From positions 75,034 through 139,033 of the forward strand of contig CAWITU010000002.1 in the NCBI GenBank assembly GCA_963839205.1: a stretch of DNA of 64,000 nt, in the 5' to 3' direction. The DNA comes from an uncultured bacterium (GTDB taxonomy: Bacteria; Patescibacteriota; Minisyncoccia; Phycocordibacterales; CAWITU01). Position 1 is the first letter of the stretch, and each line of letters opens with the position of its first letter. The position numbers and the translations under genes were made by a program. Below, piece by piece: positions 51,808 to 59,852 of the stretch. Below the pieces are notes generated by a model. That model saw nothing but the letters and a program-made list of their open reading frames with translations, did no database searches and had not been told where the DNA came from.

Positions 51808-52642
51808 ATGAGAACAGTTATTATCGCTTATATCCCTGTCCTACATGCGGGGTATAAAAAACTTTTTGAATCAAATCCAGAAGCTAAGGAACTGTGCATT
51901 CTTGGGCCAGAACTTATTTCGCAATTTCCACACCTAACTAAAGATATTCGCCAGTTAGATCCTGATTTCATAAAAACCGCCGTTGAATCATGGAAAATGT
52001 TTGAAAAAATTGCGATTCTAGATGAAAAATCTCTTTTAAAATTGGCTGAAGAAAAGCCAACTATCATTTTGCCAAATGAGGATGTAATGAAATCAATTGT
52101 TGAGAAATATTTAGCAAGAATTCCAATTAAATACAGCCCGATTTTCTTTAAATGGGATAAGCACAATACTGTTTTGGAAACTGAGATTAATCCAGACAGA
52201 AAGGTCTCAAAAGAAAAGTTTGATAGAGAGATGATTGAAAAAGCGGGAAAAGAAGGTGAGGAGAGTTCTGATATTTGGAGGAGAATTGGCTCTGTTGTTG
52301 TTAAGGATGGGAAAGTAATTATTCAGACTCACAATAAGGGAACGCCGACCGAACAGACCTCAATGTACGAGGGAGATCCTAGAAATAATTTTCATAAAGG
52401 GTGTTCATCTTGAGCTTTCAACCTTTATGCATTCTGAAGCCGGAGCAATAGCAGAAGCTGCTAGGAAAGGGATATCACTTGAAGGTGCTGATTTGTACGT
52501 AACCACTTTTCCTTGCCCTCCATGCGGAAAACTAATTGCCTATTCTGGAATCAAAAGAGTGTTTTATAAAAATGGCTATGGAGTTCTAGATAGCGAAAGA
52601 ATTCTCAAAGACAAAGGTGTGGAGATAATAAAAGTGGAATAA
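51808..52642 (+). CDS. dCMP deaminase-like protein with an extra N-terminal domain (one apparent indel near 52405)
   Basis: C-terminal HSEAGAI...LYVTTFPCPPCGKLI; N-terminal IAYIPVLHAGY. Confidence 0.8.
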
Positions 52643-52690
52643 AAAAGCGGCGCGATGCTTTACATCGCGCCGGCAATTCGAATTAAAAGA

Positions 52691-53305
52691 CTATTTCTGT
52701 TTTCCTAATTTGGTTTCCACCAGAGTTTTTTCTTCTGGCCGAAGTCCCTCCATAAGTTCTTCGTCAGTCATCTCTCTGGTTTTGCCAGATAGCCGCATTT
52801 TTTCGAAAACTTGGAGAATGGGTAATTTTTTCTCCAGATCTTCTGGCGATTTGGCGATGGTTACTTCAACCCGATCCAGTCCGGTTGGTACCTGATAGTT
52901 AATATGTAGGTGATCCACGCTCTTGGCGTTGAACTGGGCATCTCCTGACCGGATGACGATTACTCCGCCTGGAATGTTGAACTCCTTTTGGATCCAGTCG
53001 AGTATTTGTTTCAAATCGACAAGCTCCTCGTAATCCATTTCATGGACGGCGGTAATATGCCGTTTGCTAGGCACGATTAATTGGAATTTTTGTCCACTTC
53101 TTGGTGCGACATCATTTTTCCAAACAAGCCAGGATCTGTTCTCGAACAGGACTTTGTTGACCGTGGTGTCAATTTGGCAAAATGGGCATTTACCCTCCAA
53201 GAGATCCCTTACCTTAAGAAGGTAATAGCGGAAATTGCTGACGTTGAACAACTGCCAAACATCCTCAGGTTTAATACCCGGGAGTTCAAAACTGATTTTA
53301 ATCAT
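52691..53305 (-). CDS. HIT-family nucleotide hydrolase
   Basis: CPFC, VPSKRH, SVDHLHIN. Confidence 0.75.
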   Translation of the reverse strand: MIKISFELPGIKPEDVWQLFNVSNFRYYLLKVRDLLEGKCPFCQIDTTVNKVLFENRSWLVWKNDVAPRSGQKFQLIVPSKRHITAVHEMDYEELVDLKQILDWIQKEFNIPGGVIVIRSGDAQFNAKSVDHLHINYQVPTGLDRVEVTIAKSPEDLEKKLPILQVFEKMRLSGKTREMTDEELMEGLRPEEKTLVETKLGKQK

Positions 53306-53454
53306 GTAAAGGTTCTCCTATGTTTTTGGGTTCTCTATCTTTCGAGGTCTATACTACTTATGATTCTGAATAAGTCAATTTTCCAATTCCCATATGAAAT
53401 TTTTATGAATGACCTTAGAAACTAATCTTAAAAAAGTCGTGCTAGCATGTTTGC

Positions 53455-53844
53455 ATGGAGAAAGATTTTTGGAAATGGCATGCAGAAAAGAGTAATCTTA
53501 ATAAAGATAAAATCAGGCCATTTTTTCATGAGGCAGAGGTATGGTTTGCGTCAATTGGATCAAATATTGGTTTTGAAGAAGACGGAAAGGGTAATAATTT
53601 CTTAAGACCAATTATTATCATTAAAAAATTTAATAACGAAGTATGTTGGGGTATTCCGACCACTAAAAAGTTTAGGAATAGTAAGTATTATTTTCACTTT
53701 GAGTTTAGCCAAAATAAGTATACTAATGCCATCCTGTCTCAACTTAGACTGGTTGATAGTAAAAGGTTAAGTTATAAGATTGGTTCGGTTAGAAACAGTG
53801 ATTTCAGGAAAATGAAAAATCGCCTTATCTCATATTTGAAATAG
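53455..53844 (+). CDS. PemK/MazF-family toxin, no adjacent protein antitoxin
   Basis: EVWFASIGSNIGFEEDGK...RPIIIIKKF...IPTT...LSQLRLVDSKRL. Confidence 0.85.
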   Translation: MEKDFWKWHAEKSNLNKDKIRPFFHEAEVWFASIGSNIGFEEDGKGNNFLRPIIIIKKFNNEVCWGIPTTKKFRNSKYYFHFEFSQNKYTNAILSQLRLVDSKRLSYKIGSVRNSDFRKMKNRLISYLK

Positions 53845-53892
53845 AGCGATTTTTTCTTGACCCCTTTCGGGGAGGGCCGAAGCCATTTGTAC
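53845..53892 (-). ncRNA. Candidate structured sRNA convergent on pemK
   Basis: Minus-strand GGC-UUCG-GCC and CCCC-GAAA-GGGG tetraloop hairpins just downstream of TTGACT-N16-TATCAT (53924-53897). Confidence 0.5.
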
Positions 53893-53925
53893 CATTATGA
53901 TAACAATCGTCAGTATAAAGTCAAA

Positions 53926-54405
53926 TTATTTTTTTCTATCGTTTGACTCGCCAAATTTAAATTTAAAGGCGCCGTCTTCTAGATGTTCTAGGTCGGGTTC
54001 AATGAGGTGGGCGTGAATATGATTAACGGAACTGCCGTAATTTCCTAGTGACGGATTTTTACCAAAACGAATAGCTACCCCACCTCCTGGCATATTTCTT
54101 TCTTTTGAAATTTCTCCAAAAACTTTCAGTAATTCACCACCGGCTTCCTCTGGTAAATCCTTAATATGTTCAATGTGAGTCTTATAAATAGCCAAAACCT
54201 GATGCTTTGTGCCTTTGTATGGCCATTGGTTATCTGTAAAAAGCCAGTACTTAGTCTCTTTGAGGATTGGGTTTTTATGATAACGATCTAAATTTTCTCG
54301 GCAAAAGGGGCAAACACCATCCACCACTATTTGCTCCATCACTTTTCTCTGGGCATCGGAGCGAGCATTTCCAACTCTAACTAAATCGTTGCTTAAATCA
54401 GACAT
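53926..54405 (-). CDS. HIT-family nucleotide hydrolase
   Basis: CPFC, NQWPY, SVNHIHAH. Confidence 0.78.
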   Translation of the reverse strand: MSDLSNDLVRVGNARSDAQRKVMEQIVVDGVCPFCRENLDRYHKNPILKETKYWLFTDNQWPYKGTKHQVLAIYKTHIEHIKDLPEEAGGELLKVFGEISKERNMPGGGVAIRFGKNPSLGNYGSSVNHIHAHLIEPDLEHLEDGAFKFKFGESNDRKK

Positions 54406-54406
54406 G

Positions 54407-55318
54407 TTAGATTGCGACAGGAATAGCTTTAATTCCTGGGTGAGGATTGTAATCGGAAAGCGTGAAGTCTTCCTTTCTAAAATCAAATAAGTCTTTCTTT
54501 TCTTTGTTCAGAGTCATTGTTGGAAAAACTTTGGCTTCTCGAGCGAGCATTGTTTCAACTGCTGGAATTTGATCTACATATATATGAGCATCTGAAATTG
54601 TATGGACGTATTCGTAAGGAATTGTATTTGTAACATGGGCGAGCATCATAGTGAGTGCTGCATACTGAACCATGTTTGATGGAACGCCGACAGGTACATC
54701 ACCTGAGCGCTGAATCATGTGAAGTGTTAATTTTCCTTCAATAATTCTTACGTGAATCCAGCCGTGACATGGAGCAACGACAACTTTCTGTTGTTTACCT
54801 TTACCTCGGCCGATGTATTGAGGAACCCAAGGGGAGACGAAGTGGGTACGAAGCTGTGGTTCTTCAATAATCTGTTCAACTAAGTGTTTGAATTGGTTAA
54901 ATGGATTTCCTTCAGAAGTTGGGAAATCGTGGAAAGCTGAGCCGTATGAGCCGGGGCCTAAATCTCCAGCCACAAGTCCACGTTTGGCGCATTTTTCAGG
55001 AGTGGCCCACGATTTCCACCAGAAGCAACCAAATTTTTCTAATTCTTCAACTGTGTGAGCACCGTTTATGAATGCACAGATTTCAGCAATAGCTTGTTGC
55101 CATACGGTGACAGGTAATCTTTCGGATACCTTTGGGTCCATATTTCGTTCGGTAATCATTGGGAAGCCATTCTCAAGCTTGAAATGCATTGAGCCGGGTC
55201 CAATCAAGGTCAGTGCATCAACACCTTGCTGGCTTGGGATTCTTGTACCATCCTTAAGAATTTTTCTAAGGAGATCTTGGTATTGAGTATCAGGTGTTCG
55301 CTCTGTTAGTGGTTTCAT
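54407..55318 (-). CDS. thyA: Thymidylate synthase
   Basis: QYQDLL..IL..G, GFPMIT, DLGP..YG, APCH, QRSGD...GVPSN, DAHIY. Confidence 0.92.
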   Translation of the reverse strand: MKPLTERTPDTQYQDLLRKILKDGTRIPSQQGVDALTLIGPGSMHFKLENGFPMITERNMDPKVSERLPVTVWQQAIAEICAFINGAHTVEELEKFGCFWWKSWATPEKCAKRGLVAGDLGPGSYGSAFHDFPTSEGNPFNQFKHLVEQIIEEPQLRTHFVSPWVPQYIGRGKGKQQKVVVAPCHGWIHVRIIEGKLTLHMIQRSGDVPVGVPSNMVQYAALTMMLAHVTNTIPYEYVHTISDAHIYVDQIPAVETMLAREAKVFPTMTLNKEKKDLFDFRKEDFTLSDYNPHPGIKAIPVAI

Positions 55319-55347
55319 ATGCAAGAATAATACAATATACTTCTGGT

Positions 55348-55971
55348 ATGGCCAAACCAAAATTTATTGTGCTCGAAGGCGGGGAAGGGGCAGGCAAAAG
55401 TACCCAGATTAAACTGCTCAAAGGAAGTTTGGGAGATAAAATTGTCATTACTCGGGAGCCAGGAGGTTCTCCTTATGCCGAAGAAATTAGAAATGTGATT
55501 TTGAAATCACCGAATGCGAAAGGCGCGGGCGCCAAAACGCATTTTGCATTGTTTTGGGCCGCCCGCGCCGATCATATTCAAAATACAATCCAACCTGCAC
55601 TAGATTCTGGCAAACCAGTTATTTGTGACAGATTCGATTCCTCAACTTTTGCCTATCAGATTTATGGACAAGAGGCCAAGGAGCTCAAAGATTTTTTCTG
55701 GAAGACGAGAGAATTCTATTTAGAAAATTTAAAACCTGATCTCTATATTTATTTGGATGTTGATATTGAAACAGGGCTACGAAGAAAGTTTGCTGACGCA
55801 GAGGAGATTAATCATTTTGAGGAGAGGGAGCTGGCATTTCATAAGAGAATGAAAGAGGGGTTTGCAGAATTTTTCAAATCAGTGCCCCACAAAATTATTG
55901 ATGCTAATCAGTCACTTGAGAAAGTCCAGGCCGATTTGCTTGAGATTATCAACTCCGAACTCGGATTTTAA
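55348..55971 (+). CDS. tmk: Thymidylate kinase
   Basis: EGGEGAGKST, TREPGG, CDRFDSSTFAYQ. Confidence 0.95.
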   Translation: MAKPKFIVLEGGEGAGKSTQIKLLKGSLGDKIVITREPGGSPYAEEIRNVILKSPNAKGAGAKTHFALFWAARADHIQNTIQPALDSGKPVICDRFDSSTFAYQIYGQEAKELKDFFWKTREFYLENLKPDLYIYLDVDIETGLRRKFADAEEINHFEERELAFHKRMKEGFAEFFKSVPHKIIDANQSLEKVQADLLEIINSELGF

Positions 55972-56255
55972 GCTCCAAAAAATAATATCTCTTCGCCTAG
56001 CTTCAGAAAAGTATTCTTAAAAAACCACGCTGTAAAATTCTACTGAATTTTCAGCTCGGCCTCGGACCAGTCCTCCGTCAGGCTTTTTTAAGAACACTTT
56101 TCTTTCGCATGGCTCGAAAGAATGAACCGTAAGGTGGAGTTAGGGTCGTTTCGAGTCCACACTTTTTGCAGAAAACGAGACTTAGGTGAGATTTTCTAAA
56201 AAAAGTGAGGACCGAATAAGACCCGCCCCCACATAATAGGGAGATTTTTCGTCGG
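55971..56255. repeat. Dispersed intergenic repeat, copy B, with a long stem-loop
   Basis: Shares an exact 35-mer and flanks with copy A; 20-bp arms 56005-56024 and 56084-56103. Confidence 0.75.
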
Positions 56256-56280
56256 GTTAGAATTTTGCTACAATAGCCAG

Positions 56281-57459
56281 ATGAAGGACAAGCAAATCGA
56301 AAAACTAATTAAGGCCGAAAAGGCCAGACAAAAGAAGGTTATAAACTTAATTGCTTCTGAAAATATTGTTTCTCAGGACGTTCTAAAAGCACTTGGTTCA
56401 GAACTCACTAATAAGTACGCCGAAGGCTACCCACACAAAAGATATTACGGAGGTCAGACTTACACTGACCAGCTTGAAGAATTAACCAAAGCTCGGGCCT
56501 TGAAATTATTTGGCTTGGCTCCAGAAAAGTGGCACGTGAATGTTCAGCCACTTTCTGGTTCTCCAGCTAACTTCGCTGTTTATACCGCTCTCGTTCCACA
56601 AGGCGGAAAGATTATGGGTATGTCACTTGATAATGGTGGTCATTTAACTCATGGTCATAAAGCATCGGCTACTGGAAAATTTTGGATTCAAGTTCCGTAT
56701 GGAGTTTCTAAAACTACAGAAGTAATTGATTATGAAGAAATAAAAAAACTGGCTGTTGCGGAGAAACCAAATATTATTGTTGCCGGTTTTACTGCTTATC
56801 CCAGAACTGTTGATTTCAAAAAATTTCGAGAGATAGCGAATGCTAGCGGGGCAATTCTAATGGTTGATATGTCACATTTTGCAGGACTTGTTGCTGGTCG
56901 GGCCTATCCAACGCCTTTTGATTATGCCGACATCGTTACAACAACAGTTCACAAAACATTGCGTGGTCCTCGAAGTGCCATGATTTTTGCTAAGAAAGAT
57001 GAAAGAGGTTTTGATAAGTTGATTGATAAAGCTGTTTTTCCAGGACTTCAAGGCGGTCCACATATGAATCAGATTGCTGGTGTGGCAGTTGCTTTAAAAG
57101 AAGCTGATAGTCCTGCATTTAAAAAATATGCCAAACAAGTCGTTAAAAATGCCGCAGTTCTTTCAACGGAGCTTCAAAAACTTGGTTGGAAAATTATTTC
57201 AGGTGGCACTGATAGTCACTTAATTTTGGTAGATACTTGGATGGAAGGAAAGGGAATTTCAGGGTCGGAAGCTAGCACTAGACTTGAGACAGCTGGAATC
57301 ATCGTAAATAAAAACACCATTCCAGGAGAGACAAGGTCACCATTTGACCCTTCTGGGATTAGACTCGGTACAGCAGCAGAAACAACTCGGGGTAAAAAAG
57401 AAAAGGATATGAAAAAAATTGCTGAAAAGATTGATAAAGTTTTAAGAAAAAATAATTAG
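56281..57459 (+). CDS. glyA: Serine hydroxymethyltransferase
   Basis: LIASEN, NKYAEGYP, GGHLTHG, TTTVHKTLRGPR. Confidence 0.97.
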   Translation: MKDKQIEKLIKAEKARQKKVINLIASENIVSQDVLKALGSELTNKYAEGYPHKRYYGGQTYTDQLEELTKARALKLFGLAPEKWHVNVQPLSGSPANFAVYTALVPQGGKIMGMSLDNGGHLTHGHKASATGKFWIQVPYGVSKTTEVIDYEEIKKLAVAEKPNIIVAGFTAYPRTVDFKKFREIANASGAILMVDMSHFAGLVAGRAYPTPFDYADIVTTTVHKTLRGPRSAMIFAKKDERGFDKLIDKAVFPGLQGGPHMNQIAGVAVALKEADSPAFKKYAKQVVKNAAVLSTELQKLGWKIISGGTDSHLILVDTWMEGKGISGSEASTRLETAGIIVNKNTIPGETRSPFDPSGIRLGTAAETTRGKKEKDMKKIAEKIDKVLRKNN

Positions 57460-57465
57460 AGAAAA

Positions 57466-58056
57466 ATGAAAGACGACATAAATTTTTTATATGAAATTGG
57501 TGGCCTAAGGAAAGTCCCAAGAGCTTGGCAACAAGTTCTTTCTGGAAAGGCGCAGAATGTTTCAGAACATATTTTTCGAGTTGTGATGATTGCTTGGACG
57601 ATTGCTGTAAAAGAGGGGGCAGATGTTAATAAAATTATAAAGATGGCCTTAGTGCATGATGTTTCGGAGTCGCGAGCAACCGATATTGCTTTTATGCATA
57701 GAGATTATGTCACCAGACATGAACATTTGGCTATTGATCATATTTTTAAAAACACGACCCTAGAAAAAGAAGTAAGAGGACTTTTAGATGAATATGAAGA
57801 AAGAAAAAGCCTTGAATCAAGAATTCTTAAAGATGCAGATAATTTGGATGTCGATTTGGAATTACGCGAACTTTCTAAGGATGGTGACAGCGCGGCTTTA
57901 TATATGCAAGAGACTCACCGTCCTCATGTCAGAGCCGTAAAACTATACACTAAAACAGCCAAAAAAATGTGGGATGAAATTAAAAAAAGCCATCCGGATA
58001 ATTGGCACCGCCACCTCACAACCAAGTGGGTTAAAAGTAAGAAAGGTGCTCGATGA
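57466..58056 (+). CDS. HD-domain hydrolase (5'-deoxynucleotidase-like)
   Basis: NVSEH.FRV, ALVHDVSE, KDADNLD. Confidence 0.85.
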   Translation: MKDDINFLYEIGGLRKVPRAWQQVLSGKAQNVSEHIFRVVMIAWTIAVKEGADVNKIIKMALVHDVSESRATDIAFMHRDYVTRHEHLAIDHIFKNTTLEKEVRGLLDEYEERKSLESRILKDADNLDVDLELRELSKDGDSAALYMQETHRPHVRAVKLYTKTAKKMWDEIKKSHPDNWHRHLTTKWVKSKKGAR

Positions 58057-59762
58057 TATCGGGTAATTTAAAAAAAATAATAGCTGACGCTCTTAACACT
58101 TTTGACAAAGAGGTTCGTCTTGAAGATGTGTTGTTAGAACATCCCGATGATTTTAAAAATGGCGACTACTCAACACCGATGGCACTAGTTTTGGGAAAGA
58201 AACATAAAATCAAACCATTAGAGATTGCCGAGAAAATTGCAAAATATATTGAAGACAATAAGCCGGAAGAGATTGAGAAAGTTGACGTTGCAGGAATTGG
58301 TTTTGTTAATTTTTTTCTTTCTAAGAAATTTTTTGAAAAAGAAATGGCCGAAATTGCCACGACCGGCAATTTCGGCCAGTTATCTCTACTCGCCGGAAAG
58401 AAAGTCGTCGTTGACTATACTGACCCAAACCCGTTTAAGCAGTTCCATATCGGCCACCTAATGTCGAACGCTATCGGCGAGGCATTATGCAGAATCATGG
58501 AGTGGAACGGCGCTGATGTTAGCCGAATTTGTTACCAGGGTGATGTTGGACGTCATGTTGCCCTAACCATTTACGGTTTCCGTTTGATTGATAAACCTTT
58601 CCCTAATGATGACGCTACATTAAGTGAGAAGACGGCATATTTAGGCAAAGCATATGCGCTTGGATCAAATGTACTTAAGGATAACCCGGCCCTTGAAAGT
58701 GAAGTTCAAATTATAAATAAAAAAATCTACGATAGAAGTGATGGGGAGGTGAACCAACTTTACGATAAGGGCAGAGAATGGAGCCTAGAACATTTTGAGG
58801 AGATTTATGAAATCTTAGATACAAAGTTTGATCATTACTTTTTCGAAAGTCGGACTGCTCCAGTTGGTAAAAAAATAGTTGAGGATAATATTGGAAAAGT
58901 TTTTGAAGAAAGTGATGGTGCGGTTATTTTTCCTGGGGAGAAATATGGACTTCATACCAGAGTCTTTCTAACTAAAGAGAAATTGCCAACATATGAAGCA
59001 AAGGACTTGGGACTGGCAAAACTTAAATACGAAGTTTATCCATATGATTCGTCCATTATTGTCACCGCTTCTGAACAGAACCAATATTTTGAGGTTCTAA
59101 TAAAAGCTTTAAGTTTTATTTTTCCAAATATTGCTAAGACAACGAAACATGTTCCACATGGAATGATGCGTTTACCTTCTGGCAAAATGTCCTCACGGAC
59201 AGGGGACGTCATTACGGGTGAGTCAATGATTTTCTCGTTAGAAGATGAGGTGGCAGTTAAGATTAAAGATAGAAATTATGGAGAGGAACTTTCCAAAGAT
59301 ATTATTGAAAAAGTTTCTATCGCTGCGATTAAATATTCTATTTTAAAACAATCTCCCGGCAAAGATATTATTTTTGATTTAAATTCGGCACTTTCGTTTG
59401 AGGGAGACTCTGGCCCCTATATTCAATATACATACGTCAGAGCAAAATCTGTTATTGAAAAAGCTAATTCAATTGATACTAAAAATATTAAATCGAATCC
59501 TGATTCTAAAACTTCTGAACTCGAAAAACTTTTGTATCGTTTGCCAGAAGTCGTGGAAAAAGCTGGTAAGGAGCTAGCACCACAATACATCGTTACTTAT
59601 TTACTCAATGTTGCATCAGCGTTTAATAGTTTCTATTCAGCAAACAAGATTTTGGATGCTGGTTCAGATACTCCTTATCGTTTGCTAATTACTAAAGCTA
59701 CAACAATTGTTCTCAAAAACGGCCTTTCAATTCTGGGAATCAAAGTTCCAGAGAGGATGTAA
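58053..59762 (+). CDS. argS: Arginine-tRNA ligase
   Basis: GDYS, PNPFKQFHIGH, KMSSRTG, GDSGPYIQY, ends PERM. Confidence 0.96.
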   Translation: MISGNLKKIIADALNTFDKEVRLEDVLLEHPDDFKNGDYSTPMALVLGKKHKIKPLEIAEKIAKYIEDNKPEEIEKVDVAGIGFVNFFLSKKFFEKEMAEIATTGNFGQLSLLAGKKVVVDYTDPNPFKQFHIGHLMSNAIGEALCRIMEWNGADVSRICYQGDVGRHVALTIYGFRLIDKPFPNDDATLSEKTAYLGKAYALGSNVLKDNPALESEVQIINKKIYDRSDGEVNQLYDKGREWSLEHFEEIYEILDTKFDHYFFESRTAPVGKKIVEDNIGKVFEESDGAVIFPGEKYGLHTRVFLTKEKLPTYEAKDLGLAKLKYEVYPYDSSIIVTASEQNQYFEVLIKALSFIFPNIAKTTKHVPHGMMRLPSGKMSSRTGDVITGESMIFSLEDEVAVKIKDRNYGEELSKDIIEKVSIAAIKYSILKQSPGKDIIFDLNSALSFEGDSGPYIQYTYVRAKSVIEKANSIDTKNIKSNPDSKTSELEKLLYRLPEVVEKAGKELAPQYIVTYLLNVASAFNSFYSANKILDAGSDTPYRLLITKATTIVLKNGLSILGIKVPERM

Positions 59763-59852
59763 GCTCCGAACAAAGCACTATTCTTCTTCGCCTGGCATTT
59801 TGGTCGATTTTGTTTGAAATGCCCATAAAAATGTTATTCTGTAGGAATAAAC

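Noticed and set aside
54407-55318. ThyA homologue as a dCMP hydroxymethylase for DNA modification
   Set aside because: Retains the dUMP-specifying Asn (GVPSN) and clusters with folA, tmk and glyA
55971-56280. ZTP, THF or glycine riboswitch upstream of glyA
   Set aside because: No recognisable consensus; glyA appears leaderless, and the region matches a dispersed repeat also found before secE
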